Assembly: GCA_051294375.1 (NCBI GenBank)
Contig: CM119268.1
Span: 18,009,850 to 18,073,561 of the forward strand
Source of the DNA: Paraspadella gotoi
Taxonomy: Eukaryota > Animalia > Chaetognatha
Direction of reading: 5' to 3'
DNA length: 63,712 nt
The position numbers and the translations under genes are program-made. Shown piece by piece: positions 26,319 through 39,679 of this stretch; within the stretch, counting starts at the first letter, position 1, and each line of letters opens with the position of its first letter. The notes under the pieces were generated by a model. The model was given only the letters and a program-made list of their open reading frames with translations, was not told the origin of the DNA and did not search any database.

Positions 26319-28627
26319 AGAGAGAGAAGAGAGGAGAGGGAGAGAGAGAGAAAAGAGAGAGAAGAAAACGTTTAAGGAAAAGGCAACCCGCGCGACTCAG
26401 GTAGAAAAAAACGATAATTAAGAAGGGAAAAAAAAATCACCCCTGCGTTGACCAGCGGAAGGTGAAAAAAGGAGAAAGAGGAGGAGAAGGAGGACAGAGG
26501 AGGAGGAGGTGAAAAAAGTAGGAAAAAAAGAGAGATAAAGAGAATATTTGAGTATAGAAGGTGACAACGATAGTTATTAAGTAAAGATAGAGTAACAGAA
26601 ATGAAATAGGTATTGACAGAGGCAAAATTAGTTTAATAAGTGTTAAAAAATGGGAAGAAAGAAAAGACAAAAAGAAAAAGAAGCAAAAGAAAAAAGGAAA
26701 AGAATAAAACTAAAAAATTTTACATTCATTTACATGTAATTTACATGTAAAATACATGTAAAGAATGATGAAAAATACATGGAATGAAATAAAAAAGATC
26801 AAGAATCCGAAAATGAAAGAAAATTAGTTGAAAGAAGAAAATGGAAAAGAAACTCGAGCAGGTAAGGAAAAGATAAGCCAAAAAAAAATCAAGAAAGGAA
26901 AAATTAAAGAAGAATTTAAAAACGAAATACAAGAAAGAAAAAAGAAAAAAAGGAAAAAGACGGAGAAGATAAGCAAAATTTAAAAACGGAAAATGAAATA
27001 TATGGTCCGCCGTTTGGAGGCGACGCGAAATTGGCGATCAAAACTGTCGCCCTGGAATCCATCCGGTTACAAAAAAAAAAAAACAAAAAACAGAAGGAAC
27101 CAAATTTTTTTTATTTTAAATAATTTTTTTGTTTGACAACGAAAGTCATTCAATTTTTCCACGACCATAATTGTAAAGACGAATCGTTTTCCCAGTTCTT
27201 TGAAGTTCAACTAGGTCTAGTAATACCCTACTATTTTTAAGTTAAAGTTAAAAGTTGAAGAAATCTTTTAAAAAAAAAGTTATTATAATTCTTTCACAGC
27301 GTCTCACCTCTAATGAATTCTACTTAGTTATAGAAATCTTCAGTTCGAATGAATGCACTTTAGTTCCAAACCAACCAAATCCATTTCCCGCCTCATGAAT
27401 CAATTCGAATCTGACGGAAAGGAAATCTAACTCGCGGCTCCTTCGTGAAAAAAAAGAATTATTTTTTTTTTCAAAATCCAAAAATCCGAACGAACTCTTC
27501 TAATTATTTCAATTCATTTGGCTAAAATTAAAAAGACAAAATTTCTTTTCATCAAATACGAAAACAAAACGAGAAGATATGTTTTTTTTTCTCGCAAATG
27601 ATTAACGATTATAAAACTAATATTTTTAACAAACTTTTCCCAACTTTTTAATTCTTCCCCTTCTACTTTCTCTCTTTTCTTTTCACAAAACCATCACTTA
27701 TTTCAAAAACCGTTTGATTATACTTCTCTCGTCCTCATTTATTTTTTTTTTTAATTTATTTCGCCGATGAGAATCTCTCCCCTCTCGCCATCCCCCCTCC
27801 CCATCCTCCCTCTAACTTTGGAGTCGGGCCGCGTGGCCCTGCACCGTCGGCGCATCCCGCGCGTCGGCGCGCGTCTCCACCGCCGCAGCTGCTCGTTGGC
27901 GCGGTAAAGTAACGCGGCAGCCGTAACATGGCCTCAACGCGGGCGCGCAATCAGGGAAGCAACCGAGAGTGAAAAAACTTTTTCCCGCCCGTCCGCAGCG
28001 CTCATCCTGTCGCGGTCGGATTCCCCGCTCACCTCGCTCCTCAGCCTTTGTGTTGGTGAGTTGTCGTCACTGAACCCTCAGACCCTCCCTATCCACCACG
28101 CCCTCCGTATGTGTGTCTTGTTCTCTCACTAGCCAGTGCATGTCTAGCCTCCGTAATAATTGCTCATGCTTCGATTCCGAATGGAATGTCAATGACCGGT
28201 CCGATTTTAAAATAAAGTTAGTTAACTTGTAAAATGCCAATATTATTCCCTCATGTCCGGTTTTGAGTTGGTCTCATCTATCTAACCTTGCGTTCAAGTC
28301 AATGTCCAATTCCCTAAACGTTATGAATAATTTGATCCCCTCTCCTCACATCTCGCCGAATCACAATTAATTACCCCGCTCGCTCACATCTCGCACCTCA
28401 TCTCTAACCTCAAGTCTACATTTAACTCACCCACCCTTCTCCATCTCAGTAACCATAACCACACCCCCACACTGGTTTTCACAACTGCCGCGGTTTTCCA
28501 CTCATTTTCTCTTCTTTTGTTCCACGGATCCATTATCTCTCGCGGCTAAGAATCCATATTTTCTTGACTTTCTTTCTCTTTCCTCGGCCAATCCATCGCA
28601 TCAAAACTATCCTCCTTCTCTCTCTCT

Positions 28628-28665
<38 letters not shown>

Positions 28666-29184
28666 CCCTCTCTCCTCTCCTCTCTCTCCCCTCTCTCTCT
28701 TCTCTCTCTTTAATTTATTTATTTACGATAATATTGAGGAAGCTTAGTTCACATAGTACCGGTGAAAGTTCGATTGTTAGTCTACTTAAGTATTGAATTG
28801 ATGATAAACTAAATTAATTGTTAGGTTCATCGATTTTTTTTATTTGATTGAATGAGATTGCCTGTTTTTTCTATTGATTTACTGCTGAATTAATTTACAG
28901 CTAATCTAATTAACGTTTACTAATCCGCCTACTATAATTTAATCCTAAGAAGTTACCTTTTCCATTTCCAAGAAAGAGAAAGATTTAAGAATCTCTACTA
29001 AAGAGGCAGGACCTCCATCTCCCAATTTACAGTCGACGCGACGAACCGATTTTCACAGTAAAACCGATTTTTTCCCGCGATTCGAAAAAATGTCGCGCCT
29101 CGTTTCTTTTTATACCAAGAAACAAATAAATCTTTACGTTCAAAATTATTATTTTTTTTTTTTCCGAATGTTCTCTCTCCTTTC

Positions 29185-29242
<58 letters not shown>

Positions 29243-29575
29243 TCCTCTCTCTCTCTCTCTCTTCTCTTCTCTCTCTTTTTTTTTTTTTCTTTTGGCACGA
29301 CACGACCACGTGCCTCACCTCCTTTTCTTTCGCCGGAGTGATTGCCGCGCGCTCACTGGTGTCCGTCTAACGAAAAAAGCGCGCTTCGATTTGCGCTGCC
29401 GCCGCCCGCCGCCGCCGCTGCGCCGCGCCGCCGCCGCCTACGCTCGCGCGCGTCAAAACAAAGTCAAGAAAATAATGGGATTGAAAACGCGAAAAGTTTA
29501 GAGAAAAAAATGACAAAAGAAAAAAAAAGGGCGGGAAAAGAAATACGATACCAAACAGAGAGAGAGAGACGAGAG

Positions 29576-29610
<35 letters not shown>

Positions 29611-29615
29611 TAGAG

Positions 29616-29655
<40 letters not shown>

Positions 29656-30397
29656 AGGGAGGGAGAGAGAGAAATATGAAAAACGGAATGAAACAAAAAT
29701 AATAAAAGAAATATTTTTTTTTCTCGACGCATAAAAAAAAATAACAGATCTCGAGATACGGAGTTGAGCGGTTTTTGGAATCAACAATTGAAATTCGAAA
29801 AACCCATTCGTCCGAGTTTCCGACCTTTTTAGACGTGACTGTCGGAGGGTGGGGTGAGCGGAAATGGTGAAGAGAGAGGGGTGTGATAAAAAGAGGTAGG
29901 AGTTGTTTGGGGATTAAGATGACAGTAAAGAAAAAGTCTAGATGTATTTACAAATAAAGTCATTAAAAAACAAAAGCGAGGGGATTTCGAGAATTTTTTT
30001 TTTTTTTTTTCATTTCAATATTAAACTTTTCATACTAAATGTGACTTAGAAAGTCAAAGTCAAAATAAGTTTTTCTCTCTACCTAAACAAGTAACAAGTA
30101 TAAAATTCAGACATTCCAGTTAAGATTTCTCGTGACCACTTCTTTGCAAAAAAAATAGTTTTCATTTGACTTAATTATTTAATTATTTCGTGACTCTTGA
30201 CAATATTTGAAGGCTCAATGTCATTCTCGTCTCTTCAGAAGATCAACCATTTATTTTTTTTTACTCATTTTTCGACTCTTAATCGAAAAATTCTATCACT
30301 TGTATCGATCTCATTTATTTGTTAATTTCTGGTCATTCGATCCACAAAAAGAAACATAATAAGTCTAAGCGACCGCCCTTGCGGTCATTCGTCTAAT

Positions 30398-30444
<47 letters not shown>

Positions 30445-30453
30445 ATCTTTTTT

Positions 30454-30493
<40 letters not shown>

Positions 30494-31383
30494 CTGCTCT
30501 CATCTCTCTCTCTCTTCTCTCTATCGTCTCGAAATGCCATTTCTGTCTTTATTATGTTTTTTTTCCGGATTTGCAGCCAATGTTTCGCCTTAGGGCGGAA
30601 TGGAAAGAAAGAGCCGGAGGAAGAAAAAGGAAAGAATGTTCTAAAAATAGTAACGTGACTTTATTTTTTTTAGAAAAGAAAATGCTTTCTTTTTTTTTTC
30701 TTGTTCAATCGTCTTCTTTGCTTATTTGACGCGAGAGAAAAATGAGGAAATTTTTTCTTTTCATTCATTTTTTTTTAAAATTTTTTTTTCTTGAAGTAAA
30801 GACAATTTTCTTTTCTTTTCTTTTTTCTTTTTTCCTGAAAGACATTTGAAAGATTTCTGTTAATTAACCGACGCGAAGAAAAAAAAGTTTTAGTCTCAAT
30901 TTATTAATTTTTGACTCTGAGAGAAGAAGTCCTCTTCCCTTCGAAGGGAAAACCATATTTTTTTAACGATTTATTTTTTAATCTGTTCATCTTTTTTTTC
31001 AAAATTTCAGAATAAAAATAAATTATCCAATTTCATTTTCGGGATCCGCCGAGGAATGGAAAAAAAAACAACTTAATTGTAAAAAACTCTCGCTCCCAAG
31101 GAATACGGAAAAAAGTCTGAGAAAAACTAACAACAACAACACAACAACATCGGGCGATCAAAGATCGAAAAGTCAATAACAAAACAACGTCGAACCCTGT
31201 CACTCTCCACCTCCCCCCTACGCTTCCCGCCCTTCCCTCACTCCAAGATGCCACCTCGGCATTTCCATCCTCACTCCTCTCCCTCTCTCTCTCTCCCGCC
31301 TCCTCTCGTCCCACCCTCCACATCCCCCGCCTGGCCCCGCCTCTGATTCTCCTGCACTCGCCCTGCACCTACTTTATCATCTC
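20846..31383. repeat. Tandem duplication of ~5.1 kb (20846-25945 vs ~26000-31190), probable assembly artifact
   Basis: Colinear copies differ mainly by 1-nt indels and are bounded by 25-N gaps on both sides. Confidence 0.85.
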
Positions 31384-31408
31384 NNNNNNNNNNNNNNNNN
31401 NNNNNNNN

Positions 31409-31516
31409 CGCCGCCGGCGACGCCTCCTACTTCGGTTCCAGCGAAGTAGAGCCCTACTTTAGGAGGACCAAGTCGTTCGGGTCGGGCTGCTCCGTCACTT
31501 ACCCGGAGCAGATCAG
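31409..31516 (+). CDS. Uncharacterised putative GPI-anchored surface protein, exon A (5' end lost in N-gap)
   Basis: AAGDASYFGSSEVEPYFRRTKSFGSGCSVTYPEQI; donor AG|gtgagg, phase 2 compatible with the next exon. Confidence 0.75.
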
Positions 31517-32106
31517 GTGAGGGGCTGAGGGAGAGTCGTTGTGGGACCGGGTGACGCGTTGGAGCGGGTGAAGTGTGGGAGGCTGTCAAGTGTGGGACCC
31601 GGTCAAGTGTGGGAGAAGGTTGAGAGTGGGAGCAAGTGAGAAAATTGCTGAAACGGAGTAAAGGAGCTCCTCTTTTGTGGTACAACTATGGTTTTTATTT
31701 ATAATTAATGTTTCGTTAAAAATTCAGTCATGAAATCTCATCGTTTATTATCTATTTAAAGTGATTCAAAGAGATTATGTACATTATGGAGATTGATTTG
31801 ATTGTCTGGTTGATTAGTGAATAAATAATAAATTAACGAATTAAAAGATTAGAAAAGAGTAAGTCTAGGGGAAAGAGGAAAAAGTGGGGACAGGAAGAGA
31901 AGGGGAGAAAGTGAGAGAGAGAGAGAGGGAGGAGGGGAGGAAGTGAGAGAGAGAGAGAAGTGGGGAGAAAGTGAGAGAGAGAGAGGGAGGAGGGGAGGAA
32001 AAAGAGAAAGAAGAGGTCTCATTTCTTTTGATTGATATATTGATTAATTAATCGATTAATAGTTAAAACATAATCTATTGACTCAAATCTTTCTATATTG
32101 AAACAG

Positions 32107-32208
32107 ATTCAACAAAGCTGAGGCGACGGAAGTGAAATATTCAATCCGCGTCTCGGGTTATTGCGACATCAGGAAGATCCAAATGGCCGTCGAGGGAGTA
32201 GAGTCCAG
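32107..32208 (+). CDS. Uncharacterised putative GPI-anchored surface protein, exon B
   Basis: aaacag| FNKAEATEVKYSIRVSGYCDIRKIQMAVEGVES |gttggg, phase 2 to 2. Confidence 0.75.
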
Positions 32209-32428
32209 GTTGGGGGAGAGGAAGGGGGGAGGAGTTTGGGGGGGGGGTTAAACTCAAAGAAGATGGCGGGAAACCAAAACTGAAAATAAAGGGAAATCTG
32301 ATTTCGGGAAATGAATAAACGATGAATCAATATTCTTTTTATTTGAAGATATAAAAGTGCAAAAATATGAAGCGTTTTTAATGAGATCAATGATCGAATG
32401 ATACAATGATTAAATTAATGAGGTAGAT

Positions 32429-32523
<95 letters not shown>

Positions 32524-32726
32524 AATAAGGAATGAAAGAAAGTAATGAAAAGATTAATGCTAAAAATCCGTGAAGTTGTTTCTTGTCCGGGAATTGCGAA
32601 AATCTTTCCTCCGTAATTTCTTCTTCCTCTTTCGTCGTCCNNNNNNNNNNCTCTGTATCACTTTCTGTCCAAAATGTTTGTTTCTTAGATATTTTTACAT
32701 AAATGTTTTGTTTATATTTTAATTAG

Positions 32727-32864
32727 CGACTATGACTCTTGGCAATGGGTTTCGACCCACGACTGGCAAGTGGGGGTGACGTTGAAGATGGCATTGCCAG
32801 AGACGGACACACTGCAGCGTCCGATGCCGCACAGAGTCGTCTTCAATGCATATAGGAAGCAGAG
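32727..32864 (+). CDS. Uncharacterised putative GPI-anchored surface protein, exon C
   Basis: ttaattag| DYDSWQWVSTHDWQVGVTLKMALPETDTLQRPMPHRVVFNAYRKQ |gtaagg, phase 2 to 2. Confidence 0.78.
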
Positions 32865-32873
32865 GTAAGGAAG

Positions 32874-32917
<44 letters not shown>

Positions 32918-32999
32918 AGAAATGAAGGGAGAGTTTGACAACAAGAAAGAAAAAACTACTAGAACAAAGAAAGAAAGAAAGAAAAAAAAGAAATAAATA

Positions 33000-33078
<79 letters not shown>

Positions 33079-33437
33079 TGAGAAAAGTCGTCGACACTTG
33101 GGATTGAGAAAAACAAGAGTGATTTACGTCACTCGAGAGTAGAACAACCATTTCCGCGAGAGAAAGAAAAAAGAGAGGAAAAGGTAAAAGAAAAGTCGGA
33201 AAAGAGAAAAAAAGAGAGGAAAAGGTAAAAGAAAAGTCGGAAAAGATGAAAAGAAAAATATTTTTTGGTCAAATCGTGAATCCGAAATCAACCGATCATC
33301 TTGGAGATGCCCGGATGTAACTAAGAGTTTGTATTTCTGGGTAGTCGCGTTTTAGCACTCCTCACTCTTCTGTCCTCATTCTAAGATGGACGTGAGCACT
33401 TAATCGACGAGGACAAACATGTTAAGGCAGGCTTTTT

Positions 33438-33513
<76 letters not shown>

Positions 33514-33906
33514 TGAGGTCGTAATAAAAAAAAAGAAGCCCGTAAAGAATCTAGGAAGGAAAAGGAAAAACCTTTTTTTTCCTTAGTCGACACAAGTACC
33601 ATTTAGGGAAAACCGAATGTTGATTTAAGGGGAGAAGCGCGTGTTGATTTAAGGGGAGAACGAGATTCAGTTTCCATGAGATTTCAGATAAAATCTAAAG
33701 ATTAACGCTCACCGACGTTTCTTTGTGGCGAGTTTGGAAAATGGTGCATTAAAAATGTTTTGAAGTTCTATAATACAAAGTAAAAATAGGAGAATATGCG
33801 GTTTATATGAGACGGTCTCAATAAAGTATCTATAGATGAAAGGATAAAAGAAATAATCAGGGAAAGAAAGGATTTTGATCTGCAGATAGCTCTATTAATC
33901 ATTCTT

Positions 33907-33943
<37 letters not shown>

Positions 33944-35676
33944 CTCTCTCTCTCTCTTTCTCTCTCGCTCTCTCTCTCTCTCTGTCCTCTCTCAGTCAAC
34001 ACAATGGCCTTCGAGTGAATGGAGGGAATGAAAAAGATGTCTAGCGCGGTTTATATCTTATTTCCTACTTTTTCTTATCCTGGCCTGAATGAAAATGATT
34101 TATGATCGAGGGGAGCAGACGAGAGGTAGAAAGAGAGATGAGATGAGAGAGAGAGATGTGAGAGATATTAGATGAGAGAGAATGAGAGAGAGAGATGAGA
34201 GAGAGAGGGAGATGAGAGGAGAGAGATGGAGAGAGAGAGAGAGAGGAGAGACCCCGCTAAAATAACCGCAGAATCACAAGAAGAAAATGGGAAAATGCTT
34301 TGCGATTTGAAAGATGCGACAATCACTCGCGACAGAAAGAGAAGAAAAACAAAACAGCATTAAAATAAAGAAAGACAGGAAATAAGCAAAATGAAGACTG
34401 TGTGGACGGGATTGATGAGAAGAAAACGAGGTACATCTGCTCGTGAAATGGAAATAATAAAAATAGAAAATAGAAATGAGAAGGAATTAGAGGAAATAAA
34501 AGATGGCGTTGCCATCGAGTTCTCTACTCCGATGACGAAACTCAATTCTTGGGCCGCCACTTTGCTGGTCATATTGGGCCTACCTTTTGGTTGAAAGAAG
34601 AAGTTGCCTCCGCTTGAGTCTGCATTGTTTTGGTCTATTGTTAGGTCATTCGCGAAAATTAAAGGAATTTGGTTTTGTTCAAACTCCTTCAACAACGTAG
34701 GAAGATGATGGTATGAAATTAAAGGAATATGAATATGATAATTGCGTTACAATTCTAAAACATAATAATCATTTATTCAATTGAACAAGCTCGATTTCCC
34801 CTGACTATGTATAAGGTTAAGGCTCCATTCCCTGTTACAAGTATCATAAAATATTAAATAAACATTCTTTCACAGTCTAGTTTTATGAACCCTCTTGAAT
34901 ACCTGGGGTTCCCTATCAAACATAGGTGCGTATGTTTTTATGAGCTGCCGTTACAATTGTACCTATAAAAGGCCCATATTAAGTATTACATAGGGTCGTA
35001 AGAATACTTGTTTGTACCACTCTCTAATTTTTTTTTTTTCTCACTCATGTGACCCAGTAATGATGTATAATCTCCCCCACTTTACCCCTTTCTCGTTCAT
35101 TCACCTTCTCTTCCCTCTCACAGAACAAAATGAATCTGTCGCCTTGGAAACGGAGGTTCACGTGAGAAACTCGCCTCTCTCTGCCGACGACGTCGGTGAC
35201 GAGTCCGACGCGCAGTTTTACACGACGGAAACGAGGGCCTTGGAGACGCCCTCGCTTTTGTTACGGGCTTTGAGGGTAAGGGAAGGGTGAGGCTGCAGGC
35301 TGGTTGAGGTGCGTGTGGTACGTGTCCTTGCTGGGATAGCGCAAGCGCAATGAGTGAAGAAGAGGTTGGGGCGGCATTTGGTTTAAAGGTTAATCTTAAT
35401 TTGGAAAAGGCAATGGATGTGCGTTATTGAATGAGAGATGGAGGTAAAATGCGTGGCTCTATGCCTGGGTGCCGGCTAGACTCCTACCCTTTTTTAAAAT
35501 AAAGCTTGGCCGTTTCGCCGACGAGCAAATCACCAGTTTGTACTTACGTTGGCTAACAGGGTGATCTCTTTTCGACCTTAGTTCTCGTTTTTTCCCTTTC
35601 TAGGAGAATTTTCTGCTTTCGCGATCAGAAACTTCGAATTCCTAACCCGTTCATCTTTTTTTTTTGTTTTCTTCCA

Positions 35677-35705
35677 CCCCCCCCAACCCCACCCCCCCCC
35701 ACCCG

Positions 35706-35742
<37 letters not shown>
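35677..35742. repeat. Poly-C tract, absent from the duplicate copy (~37900)
   Basis: Direct inspection; likely long-read noise. Confidence 0.6.
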
Positions 35743-35744
<2 letters not shown>

Positions 35745-36215
35745 AGGTAAGGTAAATCTGGGTAAAGAGGCAGATGTGGATTAAAGTAGCAGTTAGCAAT
35801 TAGCGTTAATTTCATAGAGGTAGTTCCATTTTTTTTAATTAAGTTCAGGGAAAAGAAACAACTTAGAAATAATTAAAGAGGAAGCACAAAAGAAAATAGG
35901 TTGGAGAACTCTTTTATTTTCTTCTTCTTCTTTTAATTTTCTTCTTCTTTTTTATTTTCTTCTTTTTCTTTTATTTCTTCTTCTTTTGTATTTTTTTTTT
36001 CTTTTCTCTTCATTTCTGCCTCCGACAGAAATTTCTTATTAATTTCGAAGGATAGAGATAGGGGCTGAAAAAAGCAAGAAAATGAAAAACGAAAAAAAAA
36101 TTCATACCCACACAATCTCGGTAAGGAAAAAAGTCCCGCTAGCTATATTTCCATTCTCTCTCCTCTTCTCTTCTCTCTCTCTTCTCTCTCTCTCTCTCTC
36201 TCTTCTCTCTCTTCT

Positions 36216-36254
<39 letters not shown>

Positions 36255-36528
36255 TTCTTCTGAACATTTTCCTTTTATCTTCTGTCGGCATTCCCTTCAT
36301 CGTTCATAAGTCTTTTTATTTTTTTTTATTTTTTTTTGATTTTTTAAAATGTTTATTTCCAATTGTTCCCGATCCATTTATTTTTACTGTTTTTACTCTT
36401 TTGTATTATTGCTTTGTTTCGAACAACTTTTTAACACTTTTTTTATTTTTTCAAGGTGAGAATTTCAGACGATCGCGTATGAAGTCGCCAGGGCATCTCT
36501 CCTNNNNNNNNNNNNNNNNNNNNNNNNN

Positions 36529-36564
<36 letters not shown>

Positions 36565-37389
36565 CCGTAAAATAACCGCAGAATCACAAGAAGAAAATGG
36601 GAAAAAATTGCTTGCGATTGAAAGAGCGAACGAATCACTCGGACAGAAAGAGGAAGAAAAACAAAACAGCATAAAATAAAAGAAAGACAGAAATAAAGAC
36701 AATGAAGACTGGGTGGACGGATTGAGAGAAGAAAAACGAGTACATCTGCTCGTGAAAGAAAAATAAAAATAGAAAATAGAAATGAGAAGGAATAGAGGAA
36801 ATAAAAGATGGCGATTGCCTCGAGTCTCTACTCCGAGACGAACTCAATTCTTGGGCCCGCCACTTTGGGTCAATATTGGGCCTCCTTTTGGTTGAAAGAG
36901 AGATGCCTTCCGCTTGAGTCTGCATTGTTTTGGTCATTGTTAGGTCATCGCGAAAATAAAGGGAATTTTGGTTTTGTTCAAACTCCTTCAACAACGTAGG
37001 AAGATGATGGATGAAATTAAAGGAAAATGAATATGAAATTGGTACATCTAAAATATAATAAATCATTTATTCAATGAACAAGCTCGATTTCCCCTGACTA
37101 TGTATAAGGTTAAGGCTTCCATCCCTGTTACAAGATCATAAAATATAAATAAACATTCTTTCACAGTCTAGTTTATGAACCCTCTTGAATACCTGGGTTC
37201 CCTATCAAACAAGTGGTATGTTTTATGAGCTGGTACAATTGTACCTATAAAAGGCCCATTTAAGTATTACATAGGTCGTAGAATACTGTGTTGTACCACT
37301 CTCTTACTCACTCAGTGACCCAGTAATGATGTATAATCTCCTCCCACTTTACCCTTCTCGTCTCATTCACCTTCTCTTCCCTCTCACAG

Positions 37390-37537
37390 AACAAACGGAA
37401 TCGTCGCCTTGGAAACGGAGGTTCACGTGAGAAACTCGCCTCCTCTGCCGACGACGTCGGTGACGAGTCCGACGCCGCAGTTTTACACGACGGAAACGAG
37501 GGCCGTGGAGACGCCCTCGCTTTGTTACGGGCTGAGG
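37390..37537 (+). CDS. Uncharacterised putative GPI-anchored surface protein, exon D (Pro/Thr linker)
   Basis: ctcacag| TNGIVALETEVHVRNSPPLPTTSVTSPTPQFYTTETRAVETPSLCYGLR |gtaagg, phase 2 to 0; a frameshifted duplicate lies at ~35124-35275. Confidence 0.78.
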
Positions 37538-38584
37538 GTAAGGGAAGGGTGAGGCGAGGCTGGGTGAGGTGCGGTGGACGTGTCCTTGCTGGGGATAGGC
37601 CAAGCGCAATGAGTGAAGAAGAGGTTGGGCGGATTGGTTTAAAGTTAAACTTAATTTGGAAAAGGCAATGGAGTGCGTACGAATGAGAGATGGAGGTAAA
37701 AATGCGGTCGCTCATGCCCTGGGTGCCGGCTAGACCCTTACCTTTTAAAATAAAGTTGGCCGTCGCGCGACGGGTCAAATCACCAGTTTGTACTTCGTGG
37801 CAACAGGGTGATCTCTTTTCGACCTTCGTCTCGTTTTTCCCTTTCTAGGAGAATTTCGCTTTCGCGATCAGAACTTCGAATCCTAACCCGTTCATCCACC
37901 CAAAGGTAAGTAAATCGGTAAAAGAGGCAGATGTGGATATAAAGTAGCAGTAGCAATAGCGTTAATTACATAGAGGTAGTTCCATTTTTTTAATAAGTTC
38001 AGGAAAAGAAACAACTTGAAATATTAAAGAGGAAGACAAAAAGAAAAAGTTGGAGAACTCTTTTATTTTCTTCTTCTTCTTTTATTTTCTTCTTCTTTTT
38101 TATTTTCTTCTTTTTCTTTTATTTCTTCTTCTTTTGTTTTTTTTTAATTTTTTCTTTTCTCTTCATTTCTGCCTCCGACAGAAATTTCTTATTAATTTCG
38201 AAGGAAGAAGATAGGGGGAAAAAGGCAGAAAATGAAAAACGAAAAAAAAAANNNNNNNNNNNNNNNNNNNNNNNNNNNNNNNNNNNNNNNNNNNNNNNNN
38301 NNNNNNNNNNNNNNNNNNNNNNNNNNNNNNNNNNNNNNNNNNNNNNNNNNNNNNNNNNNNNNNNNNNNNNNNNNNNNNNNNNNNNNNNNNNNNNNNNNNN
38401 NNNNNNNNNNNNNNNNNNNNNNNNNNNNNNNNNNNNNNNNNNNNNNNNNNNNNNNNNNNNNNNNNNNNNNNNNNNNNNNNNNNNNNNNNNNNNNNNNNNN
38501 NNNNNNNNNNNNNNNNNNNNNNNNNNNNNNNNNNNNNNNNNNNNNNNNNNNNNNNNNNNNNNNNNNNNNNNNTTTTTTTTTCAG

Positions 38585-38662
38585 GTGAGAATTCAGACGA
38601 TCGCGATGAAGTCGCCAGGGGCCCCGATCACAAGATGGAGTCCGTCGGAGCAATTCCGTGAA
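38585..38662 (+). CDS. Uncharacterised putative GPI-anchored surface protein, exon E
   Basis: ttttcag| VRIQTIAMKSPGAPITRWSPSEQFRE |gtgagc, phase 0 to 0. Confidence 0.75.
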
Positions 38663-38700
38663 GTGAGCACGATTGGGCAAAAAGAGATAGAAAGAAAGAG

Positions 38701-38783
<83 letters not shown>

Positions 38784-38898
38784 GAGAAAGAAAGAAAGAG
38801 AGAGATAATTAGAAATAATTCGATAATTCTTCGATTAGATGAACAAGATTTTTTTATATTCATTCAGTCATTCTTTTTTAAATTAATTCTCTTCACAG

Positions 38899-38965
38899 CT
38901 TCAGACGCACAACAGCCACAATCAGCGTCGTAGACGAATAGATCATCCTTACATCGTCATCGAAG
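38899..38965 (+). CDS. Uncharacterised putative GPI-anchored surface protein, exon F
   Basis: ttcacag| LQTHNSHNQRRRRIDHPYIVIE |gtaagt, phase 0 to 1; contains a polybasic RRRR. Confidence 0.78.
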
Positions 38966-39115
38966 GTAAGTTTTAAATAAAACGTAAAAAAGCATTATTC
39001 AAAAAGTTTATTGAAAATCTTAAATTTGATTGTTTAATTTCAAATAGGTTTTTTCATGATTTTAAACATTGAATAAATTTACAAATCTTAACCAAATTAA
39101 TTAATCTGACCTAAG

Positions 39116-39218
39116 GTCAAAATCAAGCGACGGTAAACGTCTCCTTCACTCGAATCCCTTACGATAAAGAAGGCGCCATCTACGTCTTCGGCTTCGACTT
39201 CATCGACGAACTCACCTG
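39116..39218 (+). CDS. Uncharacterised putative GPI-anchored surface protein, exon G
   Basis: ctgacctaag| GQNQATVNVSFTRIPYDKEGAIYVFGFDFIDELT |gtcagt, phase 1 to 2; NVS sequon. Confidence 0.78.
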
Positions 39219-39524
39219 GTCAGTTTTTTCTCTTTCATTTGGAAAGTCTTTTTTTTACTGGGGAGTCTTTTATTTTATAATATATATCTGTGTTTTCTTT
39301 CTCTTGTTAAACTTGTTTTCTTTTAATTAGTTGGTAATTTTTCTTCTGCTTGGTTAGTCTTTTTACTTTCAAATAATTTGTACATACAATCTATCGTTCT
39401 TTATAGTCGGTTTCCGAATTTTAACAATTTTAACAGTGAAACAAACTTAAATGAGATTAATATAATAATAATTACTTAACATTAAAACATTCGTCTCCAT
39501 ATCAATCACCTTCTCTTATCACAG

Positions 39525-39679
39525 GAGTCAACACATTCACCAAGAATTCTTCGTTTCCGTTCGGGTGACGAGGCTTTGCGCCAGAACGACGACGACCACA
39601 ACGACGACGACGACGACCACAACAACGACGACCACAACGAGCCTCGTCCTTCGTCTTTCGTCGGCACCGAACGAAGGAA
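39525..39679 (+). CDS. Uncharacterised putative GPI-anchored surface protein, exon H (poly-Thr stalk)
   Basis: atcacag| WSQHIHQEFFVSVRVTRLCAR-T18-SLVLRLSSAPNEG |gtgagt, phase 2 to 1; the Thr run uses mixed ACG/ACC/ACA codons. Confidence 0.8.

Larger units (their letters stand above)
34250..38620. repeat. Tandem duplication of ~2.2 kb (34250-36494 vs 36560-38620), probable assembly artifact
   Basis: Copies are separated by the 25-N gap at 36504-36528; the first copy carries frameshifted exon D and part of exon E. Confidence 0.85.

Noticed and set aside
35124-35275. Tandemly duplicated (mutually exclusive) exon in the GPI-protein gene
   Set aside because: It is a frameshifted copy within the 2.2-kb gap-flanking duplicate and is most likely an artifact.
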